Notes: generated from the letters alone by a model not told the origin. A stretch of 25,127 nt of DNA from Thermoplasmata archaeon (GCA_003649915.1 QMTG01000001.1:1-25127); one strand, 5' to 3'; shown: positions 8,527 to 17,260, counted from the stretch's first letter. Numbers and translations: made by a program.

Positions 8527-10254
8527 GTGGCAGAAGCAGAAGTCGTAGGAGAGGTTGAGAAAAAAGAATTTAAGGACGTTATTGCAGACATTGGTAGGAG
8601 AATAGCGTATAATTACTCATTAATTTTACATAAACTTTATAAAAGCCCAAAAAAGGTGATGATTCCAAGAGGATTGGGCACTGTTGACGAAAAGAGGGGG
8701 AGAGGGTCTAGATATACATACATTCCCGAGATTAAAGACCCATTGGTCAGCGAAGTTGAGTTTTATTCCGTAGAAGAACCTTTCACATATGTGAGGATTC
8801 TCTACAACAGAAGAAACAACGAGTATATTTACGAGGCGATAGAGCCACAGATAGGTGAGGATGATAAAAAATTGCTGGACTATATAAAAGAAACACTTGA
8901 TAAAACCCTAGGGTATAAGTGGGAGGAGATGGGTACTAAGGATAAAAAGGAATTTCTGATTGAGAGTGTTCAGGGGCTGCTCAAAAGCAGGGGAGTGCAC
9001 CTAGACCCAATAACTTGGGAGAAAATTAAGTATTACATAATCAGAGACTTTGTTGGATATGGGCCCGTTGATGTTTTGATGCAAGATGAGCAGGTAGAGG
9101 ACATATCGTGTGATGGTGTAGGTGTACCAATATTCGTTTTTCACAGAAAGTACGAGTCTATAAAGACAAACGTTGTTTTTGATGATGAAAGGGTGCTTGA
9201 TTCCTTTGTTGTAAGCCTCGGACAGCGCTGTGGTAAGCAGATATCAGTGGCTGATCCAATACTCGACGGCACATCTCCAGAGGGGCACAGGATTGAAGCA
9301 ACGTATTCTTATGAGGTCACGACTAGAGGCTCCACATTCACGATTAGGAGGTTTAAGGAGAAGCCCTTTACGCCTGTAGACCTGATAAAGTTCAAGACTG
9401 CATCGCCCGAAATGGTAGCCTACATGTGGATCGCTGTAGAGCACGGAGAATCCATGATGGTAATCGGAGGGCCTGCCTGCGGTAAGACGTCCACACTCAA
9501 CGCCGTGACACTATTCTGCCCACCCACAGCTAAGATTGTAAGCATGGAGGACACAAGGGAAATTAACCTCTATCACAAGAACTGGATACCAGGCGTAACA
9601 CGCAGCGGATTTGGGGATAGAGGACCTGACGGAAAGGCTGCTGGCGAGATAGACATGTACGATTTGGTAAGGGCAGCACTCAGGCAAAGACCAAACTACA
9701 TAATTGTGGGGGAGGTTAGAGGAAAGGAAGCCTACACAATGTTTCAGGCTATGGCTACGGGTCATACCACATACGCTACAATGCATGCTGAATCAATCAG
9801 GTCTATGATAAATCGTTTGGAAAACCCACCAATAAGCTGTCCTAGGATTCTGCTCACGGCACTTAATTTTGTAATAATCCAGTCATTTGTCAGGATTAAG
9901 AACAAGGAGGAGAGGAGAATAAAACAGGTAGTGGAAATAGTGGGTTTTGAGCCTGAAACCAACGAGTTGATTACAAATATTGTTTATGAGTGGGATCCGA
10001 GAACAGACTCGCACATATACAAAGGACACAGTTTTATTTTGGATAAAATCATGGAGATGAAGAACATGACACATGAGGAAATGGAGGAGGAATTTAAGCG
10101 CAGGGTTGATGTTATAAGGTATGCTGTTGAGAAAAATATAACCGAGTTGGACGAGTTGTCAAAACTCATAGTCGGGTACTATAAGGACTCCACAGGGCTT
10201 GTTGAGAAGATAAGAAGGGAGATGGGGTGGGAGACTGAGGAAAAACTTGTATGA
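8527..10254 (+). CDS. Type II/IV secretion (VirB11/GspE/TadA/ArlI-family) ATPase 1
   Basis: EDISCDG, FTIRRF, Walker A GGPACGKT, Asp box SMEDTRE, LRQRPNYIIVGEVRG (Walker B), His boxes TGHTTYATMHA. SD GGAGGTG precedes GTG8527. Confidence 0.93.
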   Translation: MAEAEVVGEVEKKEFKDVIADIGRRIAYNYSLILHKLYKSPKKVMIPRGLGTVDEKRGRGSRYTYIPEIKDPLVSEVEFYSVEEPFTYVRILYNRRNNEYIYEAIEPQIGEDDKKLLDYIKETLDKTLGYKWEEMGTKDKKEFLIESVQGLLKSRGVHLDPITWEKIKYYIIRDFVGYGPVDVLMQDEQVEDISCDGVGVPIFVFHRKYESIKTNVVFDDERVLDSFVVSLGQRCGKQISVADPILDGTSPEGHRIEATYSYEVTTRGSTFTIRRFKEKPFTPVDLIKFKTASPEMVAYMWIAVEHGESMMVIGGPACGKTSTLNAVTLFCPPTAKIVSMEDTREINLYHKNWIPGVTRSGFGDRGPDGKAAGEIDMYDLVRAALRQRPNYIIVGEVRGKEAYTMFQAMATGHTTYATMHAESIRSMINRLENPPISCPRILLTALNFVIIQSFVRIKNKEERRIKQVVEIVGFEPETNELITNIVYEWDPRTDSHIYKGHSFILDKIMEMKNMTHEEMEEEFKRRVDVIRYAVEKNITELDELSKLIVGYYKDSTGLVEKIRREMGWETEEKLV

Positions 10255-10272
10255 AAGAGGAGGTGAAACAAA

Positions 10273-11286
10273 ATGCCAGAAGTTTATGACCTCTTTAGAG
10301 CCGTAGAAACCAAAAAAAGAGATATATTGAAAACAAGAAGGATTGAAGACCTTGGTGTATCACGCCTTGGGCCTCATCTCGTGATGATGAGGAAGGGTAG
10401 TGTGCCTAGGTATATCACACTCACCCCATATCAGCAGTTCTGCTGGCGCACACTTGGCGGGATTGTGAAACTCAAAGCCAAACCAAATCCCACACTTGAA
10501 AGAGCACTTATACAGGCTCACATGAAACTAAGACCTGAGGAGTATATAGCGGTTGTATGGATGAATACGATAATAGCGGGGGTTGTTGGCGCAGTGCTCG
10601 CCATATCATTCGGTCTTATACTCTTCAACATCTTCGGCCTAATATTTGGCTTAATGCTTGTAGCCCTCCCGCCAGTGATTGCCTACTTCCTAACGCTAAA
10701 CGCACCCAGTAGCAAGGCAAAGGCTAGGGCAAAAGACATAGATAGCCATCTGTACTCGGCGCTCACCTTTATTGCGGCAATGTCCTCTGCCAATGTTAAT
10801 GTGGATGTTATTTTTAAGGAACTTTCTCGCCAAGAAATATACGGCGAGATCAGGGAGGAGGCTGAGTGGATAACTAGAGATACTGAGATCCTAGGAAAGG
10901 ATATATTGACAGCCATCAGGCTAGGGGCAGAAAGAACACCCTCGCAGAGGTTTAGGGACTTTTTGCAAGGAGTCATAACCACATCCACTTCTGGCGGTCA
11001 ACTTAAGCCATACTTTATATCAAAGGCGGAGCAGGCTGAGAGGGAGAACCGCTTAGCCCTCAGGAGCACCATGGAGACCCTTGGCATGCTCGCAGAGTCC
11101 TTTGTCACAGTTGGTGTGGCTTTTCCGCTCTTCCTCGTAATAATCATGGCAATCATGGCAATTGTGAGTAAAACAGCAACTTTCATATTAAACATGCTCT
11201 ATGTTATAGTGTTTGGTATGATCCCAGGGGTACAGGTAGCATTTATTGTTGTACTGTCCGCTATAGGAGGCAAGGAGGTGGGCTGA
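10273..11286 (+). CDS. Type II secretion system F-family (TadB/TadC-like) membrane platform protein 1
   Basis: TM pairs, RAKDIDSHLYSALTFIAAMSSA, YGEIREEA...GKDILTAI, TPSQRFRDFLQG. SD GGAGGTGA at 10259-10266. Confidence 0.9.
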   Translation: MPEVYDLFRAVETKKRDILKTRRIEDLGVSRLGPHLVMMRKGSVPRYITLTPYQQFCWRTLGGIVKLKAKPNPTLERALIQAHMKLRPEEYIAVVWMNTIIAGVVGAVLAISFGLILFNIFGLIFGLMLVALPPVIAYFLTLNAPSSKAKARAKDIDSHLYSALTFIAAMSSANVNVDVIFKELSRQEIYGEIREEAEWITRDTEILGKDILTAIRLGAERTPSQRFRDFLQGVITTSTSGGQLKPYFISKAEQAERENRLALRSTMETLGMLAESFVTVGVAFPLFLVIIMAIMAIVSKTATFILNMLYVIVFGMIPGVQVAFIVVLSAIGGKEVG

Positions 11287-12180
11287 TTGGCGGAGAAAGA
11301 AGGATTATTTGGGGGGATGAGCACACGCACACTAATACTGATAGGATCAGGCATAGGGTGTGTGATATTAATTCTCGCTGCCATCATGGACCACGCCCGA
11401 ATACTAAACATTCCTGGAAAACCCTTACATTACGCTATAATCTCTGTGCTTGTAGCAACAGGCCCATATGGGTTTTATGAGGATCGCAGGATTAAAAATA
11501 TAAAGAGTATCGAGCGTCACCTGCCAGACTTCCTGAGGGACGTAGCCGAGGCAAGCAGGTTTGGAATGACGCTTGCTGATGCGATAGTTGTTGCATCCTC
11601 TGGTCGCTACGGAAGGCTCACAAAAGAGATCAGAAAGATGGCAGCGCAGATAGAATGGGGTGTTCCTGTGGCTGAGGCCCTGCGTCTGTTTGCAGAGAGG
11701 GTGAATACTCCGCTTGTGAACAGGGTTGTATCCATAGTGGTTAAGGCATCAGAGGCCGGAGGAAACATTGCGGATGTTCTGAACATGGTAAGCCACAACG
11801 TGCTTGAGATGCAGCTCATGGAAAGGGAGAGAAAAATTCAGATGAGCACGTATGTTATGGTAATATACATAGCGTTCGTGGTCTTTCTCGTAACAGTAAT
11901 AATCATGAGTAAAACCTTTCTTCCAAAAATGCAGGAGGCAGGCGCAAGCATTGCAGAGGCAAGTGCCGCAGGTGGTGCCCTTGCAGGTGCTACATTGATA
12001 CACGTTGAGGTCATTGATAAGATTCTATTCCTCCTCGTGGTTTCCGCAGTACTGCACGCAATAGGGGATGGAATAATTGCTGGCGTGCTTCAGGAAGGAA
12101 AGGCAATTAGAGGGCTAAAGCACACGTTTTTCATGGTAATAATCGCATTCTTCATGATAGTCCTTCTCATAAAGGTGTGA
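11287..12180 (+). CDS. Type II secretion system F-family (TadB/TadC-like) membrane platform protein 2
   Basis: IERHLPDFLRDVAEASRFGMTL, YGRLTKEI...GVPVAEAL, ASEAGGNIADVL and C-terminal TMs. TTG start after GGAGGTG. Confidence 0.9.
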   Translation: MAEKEGLFGGMSTRTLILIGSGIGCVILILAAIMDHARILNIPGKPLHYAIISVLVATGPYGFYEDRRIKNIKSIERHLPDFLRDVAEASRFGMTLADAIVVASSGRYGRLTKEIRKMAAQIEWGVPVAEALRLFAERVNTPLVNRVVSIVVKASEAGGNIADVLNMVSHNVLEMQLMERERKIQMSTYVMVIYIAFVVFLVTVIIMSKTFLPKMQEAGASIAEASAAGGALAGATLIHVEVIDKILFLLVVSAVLHAIGDGIIAGVLQEGKAIRGLKHTFFMVIIAFFMIVLLIKV

Positions 12181-12186
12181 TGCCGT

Positions 12187-13857
12187 ATGGCAATGAAAAG
12201 CGATATAGAGGTTGTTGAGGAAAAGCCCAAAATTTCCCTAAGGGATGCGTACATAGGCACACTTTACAGGCTGTTTAAGCCTCCAATGAGGGTAATGGTT
12301 CCCAGGACGGAGAAGGAAGAAGTTAGTGCTGAAGTAACACCAATACCCCCAATAACTGATGAAAATGTGCAGGAGATTGAGATTGCGCCTGTAGAAGAGG
12401 GCTACTCCTATGTTAGAATAAACTACGACACCTTTGCCAACGAATACACATACGAGGTTATTGAGCCTCCATTGTCCGAGGACGAGATAACCCTAATCGA
12501 GGTTTTAAAGGAGAAAATAATAGAGAGGGTTGAGGGGCTAGGAGAAAAAGTAAAGAAGGAGGAGAGGGAGCAATACTTGCGAGACCTTGTGGATAAAATC
12601 CTCGGCGAGATGGGGGTAAGGCTAACGCACGTTGTGAAAGAGAGAATAATGTACTATATACTCAGGGACTTCATAGGATACGGGGCAATACAGGTACCAA
12701 TGCTAGACCCTGAGGTTGAGGACATATCGTGTGATGGGGTTGGAATACCCATATACATATACCACAGGAAATACGGTTCAATACGCTCAAACCTTATATT
12801 TAACACCCATCACGAACTCGACTCTTTTGTGGTCTGGCTTGCCCAGATATGCGGGAAGCACATATCTGTAGCTGAGCCCATGCTTGATGCAACCATGCCT
12901 GATGGCTCAAGGCTTCAGGAAACGCTTGGGATGCACATAACAAAGAGGGGGTCATCGTTTACCATAAGAAGGTTTAGGTCAAACCCCTTCACGCCAATTG
13001 ACCTGATAAGGTTTAAGACCATGTCTGTTGAGATGATGGCTTACCTGTGGATTGCCATTCAGTACGGCTCATCTGCCTTTGTATGCGGTGGCACGGCATC
13101 GGGCAAAACAACAACGTTGAACGCCATATTGCTCTTTATTCCACCGCAAATGAAGATAGTGAGCATAGAGGATACTAGAGAATTAAATCTCCCCCATGAG
13201 AACTGGATTCCCGCCCTAACAAGGAGCGGTTTTGGTGCAAAGAATCCGATAACTGGAAAGGCGCCAGGCGAGATTGACATGTTTGACCTGCTCAAGGCAG
13301 CCCTCAGGCAGAGACCCCAGTACATAATGGTTGGTGAGGTTAGAGGTGCGGAAGCCTACACGGTTTTCCAAGCAATGGCTACGGGAAAGACTTCATACTC
13401 AACATTCCACGCCGAGGATGTGCAGGCAATGATACACAGGCTTGAGAGCGATCCAATTAATCTACCAAGAGCGTTAATTGCAGCACTAGACATGGTAATT
13501 TTACAGGCGCAGGTGAAGGTTGGTACGAAGATGACGAGAAGGGTGAAGGGAATACATGAAATTGTGGGGCTTGACCCTGAGACTGAGGAGATAATAACAA
13601 ATGCTGCGTACACATGGAATCCTGCAGATGATACCTTTAATTACAGTGGTCACAGTTATATATACGAGAAGGTGAGAACGGCAAACAATTGGTCTCCGAG
13701 GGAGATGGAAAGGGAGGTTAAGAGAAGAGTGGATATACTGAATTATATGAGAAAAATTGGCGTTAAAAACTATCGCGAGGTTGCAAAGATAGTATCCGCA
13801 TATTATGACCATCCTGACGAGCTTATGGAGGAAGTGGAAAGGGTGCTTGGAAAATAG
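12187..13857 (+). CDS. Type II/IV secretion ATPase 2 (paralog of ATPase 1)
   Basis: EDISCDG, FTIRRF, Walker A GGTASGKT, SIEDTRE, LRQRPQYIMVGEVRG. The His-box region reads TGKTSYSTFHA. Confidence 0.93.
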   Translation: MAMKSDIEVVEEKPKISLRDAYIGTLYRLFKPPMRVMVPRTEKEEVSAEVTPIPPITDENVQEIEIAPVEEGYSYVRINYDTFANEYTYEVIEPPLSEDEITLIEVLKEKIIERVEGLGEKVKKEEREQYLRDLVDKILGEMGVRLTHVVKERIMYYILRDFIGYGAIQVPMLDPEVEDISCDGVGIPIYIYHRKYGSIRSNLIFNTHHELDSFVVWLAQICGKHISVAEPMLDATMPDGSRLQETLGMHITKRGSSFTIRRFRSNPFTPIDLIRFKTMSVEMMAYLWIAIQYGSSAFVCGGTASGKTTTLNAILLFIPPQMKIVSIEDTRELNLPHENWIPALTRSGFGAKNPITGKAPGEIDMFDLLKAALRQRPQYIMVGEVRGAEAYTVFQAMATGKTSYSTFHAEDVQAMIHRLESDPINLPRALIAALDMVILQAQVKVGTKMTRRVKGIHEIVGLDPETEEIITNAAYTWNPADDTFNYSGHSYIYEKVRTANNWSPREMEREVKRRVDILNYMRKIGVKNYREVAKIVSAYYDHPDELMEEVERVLGK

Positions 13858-13870
13858 TGAGTGCAATAAG

Positions 13871-13878
13871 TTTTAAAA
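13871..13878 (+). promoter_or_regulatory. Putative TATA box of the FKBP-truD operon
   Basis: TTTTAAAA upstream of SD GAGGTGA (13904-13910) and ATG13918. Confidence 0.4.
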
Positions 13879-13917
13879 ATAAGGCGTGATATCACGGCAA
13901 AGAGAGGTGAAAGTCTC

Positions 13918-14751
13918 ATGAAAGAAGGCGACATTGTGTATATTGATGCCAGCGGCTGGATAGCGGATACGGGCGAACTTGTGTATACTACGGATGAGGA
14001 GAAAGCAAAGGAGGGTGGAATATACGATGAAAAGGCGAGGTACGGGCCTAGGCCTGTGATTGTAGGTGCAGGGCGTCTCATACAGGGGCTTGAGGAGGCG
14101 TTGTTGAACGCTGAGGTTGGAAAGGAGTATGAGATTACAATACCGCCTGAGAAGGCTTATGGGCATAGGAAGGCTGAGGATGTTATTATCCAATCGTTGG
14201 ATAAGATAAGAAAGGTTCCTCCCTTCAGGGATAAAAAGGTTGTCCCAGAAGTTGGCATGGAGTTTGTTTACCAAGGCAGGAGGGCGAGAATTGTTGCCAT
14301 GACTGCTGGAAGGGTTAGGATAGACTTCAATCACCCGCTTGCCGGAAAAACTTTGAAATATAAATATCGTGTTGTTAAAAAGGTTGATAATACATCGGAA
14401 AAGGTTAAGGCAATACTTGAGATAAACTACGGAAAGGCTGAGGATTTTGATATAAAAATTAAGGGGGATAAAATCGATATTGTGTTGCCTGAGGAATGCA
14501 AATACAGCACGGACTGGGCACTGGCAAAGTTCAGGGTTGTTGGCGATATCAGGCGCTATGTAGGTGCTAAAGTTCTCAGATTTATTGAGGAGTACGTTTC
14601 TAAAGAAGAAAAGGAAGAGAAAGGCGGCGAGGAGGAAGGAGAAAAAGAAGCGGATAAGGAAGGAAAAACCAAGACCGTGAAAAAGGAGAGGGGGGAAGAA
14701 AAAGAGAGTGAAGGGAAGGGTGAAAAAGCGCGGAAAAAGGGCAAGAAATAA
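13918..14751 (+). CDS. slyD: Long-type archaeal FKBP peptidyl-prolyl isomerase (SlyD-like) with charged tail
   Basis: VGAGRLIQGLEEAL, IPPEKAYG, IF insertion domain, RIDFNHPLAGKTL, extra C-terminal domain, E/K-rich tail. Confidence 0.9.
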   Translation: MKEGDIVYIDASGWIADTGELVYTTDEEKAKEGGIYDEKARYGPRPVIVGAGRLIQGLEEALLNAEVGKEYEITIPPEKAYGHRKAEDVIIQSLDKIRKVPPFRDKKVVPEVGMEFVYQGRRARIVAMTAGRVRIDFNHPLAGKTLKYKYRVVKKVDNTSEKVKAILEINYGKAEDFDIKIKGDKIDIVLPEECKYSTDWALAKFRVVGDIRRYVGAKVLRFIEEYVSKEEKEEKGGEEEGEKEADKEGKTKTVKKERGEEKESEGKGEKARKKGKK

Positions 14752-16049
14752 TGAGGCGCGAAGTGCCAAAGGGGGAAAAACTCGTTGGTGTGGAAACGTA
14801 TCTTACAAAAACCCCGGGTATTGGGGGAAAACTCAGGTATTATCCTGAGGATTTTATAGTTCTGGAGGAGACTATATGCCCAGAGAGCGCTCCTGATGGC
14901 AGATACACAATAATGCGTGTTTGTGCTGTAAACTGGGAGACAAACAGGCTGATAAGGGCAATGGCAAGAGAATGCAAAATATCTGAAGAGCATATAATGG
15001 TCGCAGGGGCAAAGGACAAGAGGGCTGTGAGTGTTCAGGCTGTATCGGCAATCGTTCCCATAGAAAAAGCCATGTCCATACACCTTCCAGACTTTAAGAT
15101 AATTGAAGCATACCCCTCAAACACCCCCATAAAACTTGGCGGTCTTGTCGGAAATTACTTCGATATCGTTGTCAGAAACACTGTGCTCGAAGGCAAAGAC
15201 CTCAAAGCCGCTATAGAAGAGACGGCGAGTGCTCTCAAGAACGCAGGAGGTTTTCCGAACTTCTTCGGCATACAGAGGTTTGGAGCGGTACGACCTGTGA
15301 CTCACATCATCGGGAAGTATCTGGTAAGCGGAGACTATGAAAGTGCGGTAAAAACATACATAGCATACCCGATGCCTGAGGAAAAGAGTGAGGCAAGTCG
15401 CGCTAGGGAGTACCTTCAAGACACCTGGGACATGAAGGGAGCGCTTAATCTGTATCCAAGAGATTTATGCTTCGAGCGTGATATTATCAGACATCTATCC
15501 AGAAAGCCCAACGACTATATAGGAGCGCTCAGGGCATTGCCGAAAAAGCTTCGGATGATGTTCGTGCACGCCTTTCAGTCTTATGTTTTTAATAGAGTGC
15601 TGAGTGAGAGGATAAAGAGAAACATACCCTTGAACATCCCTATTGTGGGGGATATTGTCGTCAAGGCTGGGAAGGGGGGTGTAGATACAAAATACACGGT
15701 AAAGGTTACTGAAAAAAACATTGACACGATTGCTGAGTGCTGTAAAAGGGGCAGATGCTATATTACAGGCTTAGTTCCAGGAACAGATGCGGAGATTGCC
15801 GATGGTGTGATGGGGGATATTGAGAAAAAAATAATGGAGGAGGAAGGAATAGAGAGAAAAAGTTTTGTCATTCCAGAACTACCAGAACTCACAAGCAGGG
15901 GTAGGAGAAGACCGCTTATTGCGCCCATGAAAAACCTGCAAATATTTTCCTATCACACATGTGCTAGGTTTAGGTTTAAACTGTGGCCTGGAAGTTATGC
16001 AACATCCCTAATGAGAGAGTTCATGAAAGGAGACGTGCTTGATTATTGA
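14751..16049 (+). CDS. truD: tRNA pseudouridine(13) synthase
   Basis: GAKDKRAVSVQ (catalytic Asp), LGGLVGNYF, FPNFFGIQRFG, HAFQSYVFN, GSYATSLMRE. Confidence 0.93.
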   Translation: MRREVPKGEKLVGVETYLTKTPGIGGKLRYYPEDFIVLEETICPESAPDGRYTIMRVCAVNWETNRLIRAMARECKISEEHIMVAGAKDKRAVSVQAVSAIVPIEKAMSIHLPDFKIIEAYPSNTPIKLGGLVGNYFDIVVRNTVLEGKDLKAAIEETASALKNAGGFPNFFGIQRFGAVRPVTHIIGKYLVSGDYESAVKTYIAYPMPEEKSEASRAREYLQDTWDMKGALNLYPRDLCFERDIIRHLSRKPNDYIGALRALPKKLRMMFVHAFQSYVFNRVLSERIKRNIPLNIPIVGDIVVKAGKGGVDTKYTVKVTEKNIDTIAECCKRGRCYITGLVPGTDAEIADGVMGDIEKKIMEEEGIERKSFVIPELPELTSRGRRRPLIAPMKNLQIFSYHTCARFRFKLWPGSYATSLMREFMKGDVLDY

Positions 16050-16227
16050 GTTATTGGGCAAAATCTCAAATTAATATTTTTGACGGTTGCCTCGCACACC
16101 TCATACACTCTCCTGATATTGCCCAAATTATACATCATGAGTAATATCCTCAACGCATCCATTCACTTAGCATTTATACCTAAGATTGTTCAATGCTGAG
16201 CAAAATAAAAAACTGGACAGCAATCAT

Positions 16228-16779
16228 CTATTGCTTGCTAAGCATCTTCCGCAACCCGACTTTGCACTCAGTATTGTTGATAAAATCCTCCCATGAAATC
16301 TTGCCCTTGACCTTCTCCCAACATGCGTGCTGATTATCACATAGAACACATAGCCTTGCAAGAACAGTTCTCACAAGAAGCTTTGTATCATCCCCAACAT
16401 CAACGTAAACATCACCGTATATTGCTCCAGATATTTTGGGCGGGTATTCTAGTGTCTTCTCCTTAACTTCCTCCACAACAATGCCCCCACCCTCACCTTC
16501 CGAAGCCTCCGCTACACCGCCACCAACAACCTCGGCCATCTGTACTTCGCCCTCCTCACCACCTACAGCCTTTGTTATGTACGATATCGTTATTATCACT
16601 ATGAAGACCACGTAAAGACCTATCACACCACTCCTTGCGGTAACCATGGGTATGCCAAACCCGTATGCTTCGTAGTAATGAGAATTAAAATCTATTGCCA
16701 GTAACCATATAAGCGCAAAAAACGATATTAATGGAAGCAACCAAACCCATGCTCCTACGCGTCCTCTACCCTCTTCCAT
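16228..16779 (-). CDS. Hypothetical membrane protein with 2 TM helices and a C-terminal 4-Cys motif
   Basis: ATG16779 has a TTATATAAA box about 30 nt upstream. Two hydrophobic helices, a Glu/Gly-rich linker, then C-x2-C-x5-C-x18-C. Confidence 0.78.
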   Translation of the reverse strand: MEEGRGRVGAWVWLLPLISFFALIWLLAIDFNSHYYEAYGFGIPMVTARSGVIGLYVVFIVIITISYITKAVGGEEGEVQMAEVVGGGVAEASEGEGGGIVVEEVKEKTLEYPPKISGAIYGDVYVDVGDDTKLLVRTVLARLCVLCDNQHACWEKVKGKISWEDFINNTECKVGLRKMLSKQ

Positions 16780-17024
16780 GGCAAACCACGTGACCAAATT
16801 TATCATACTTTATATAATCTTTTCCCCATGCGGGGGTGGGCATCGCAAAATATCTTCAAAGTAAAATTCGAGAATAAAAACGGTGGTTTTTGTACCTAAT
16901 ATTTCATGGAATATGCGAGTAATGCGTTTTTGCCCCCAAGATAAAATATTTGACGCAGAGGAAAAAGTTGCAACCATATCTAATAAAGACTAAATTAAAT
17001 CTCCAATTCAAAATAGGCGTATTA

Positions 17025-17039
17025 GCGAAAGTATATATA
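17025..17039 (+). promoter_or_regulatory. BRE-TATA promoter element
   Basis: GCGAAAG followed by TATATATA matches the archaeal BRE/TATA consensus. It lies about 220 nt upstream of the carS ATG. Confidence 0.55.
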
Positions 17040-17260
17040 CAAGTATGTTAATAAGTTACATTGGTGTAAAATGCTGGAACACCTTAGAGACTTTATGGTC
17101 GCCGTTGGGCGCGCCTTTTTGTGCACTTCTGAGCATTCTCTCCTCTACGGAAGGGCTTTTTTGCTTGCTAAGAGAATGAAAAATCATACAGATAGACCTC
17201 ATGGTGATATTAAAAACACATAGAAAAATAGAATAATGACTTCCCCCATACTTCATCGCA

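Noticed and set aside
8527-13857. Archaellum (arl/fla) operon
   Set aside because: No archaellins or ArlF/G/H, and the platform is split into two roughly 300-aa proteins rather than one ArlJ.
13873-14769. 298-aa minus-strand ORF
   Set aside because: Antisense shadow of the FKBP gene; its F/L/S-rich start is the complement of the purine-rich E/K tail.
16043-16162. 39-codon minus-strand ORF and an 11/12 inverted repeat (16054-16065 / 16115-16126) between truD and the convergent gene
   Set aside because: The nearest TATA is too close for a leaderless start, there is no SD, and the repeat has a 49-nt loop; both are compatible with chance.
16720-16779. Class III (pilin-like) signal peptide in MEEGRGRVGAWVWLL
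   Set aside because: The residues around the Gly do not match the prepilin peptidase consensus, and a second TM follows.
16810-16977. 55-codon minus-strand ORF in the AT-rich intergenic region
   Set aside because: No SD, no motif, and its stop overlaps the TATA box of the downstream gene. It cannot be excluded without expression data.
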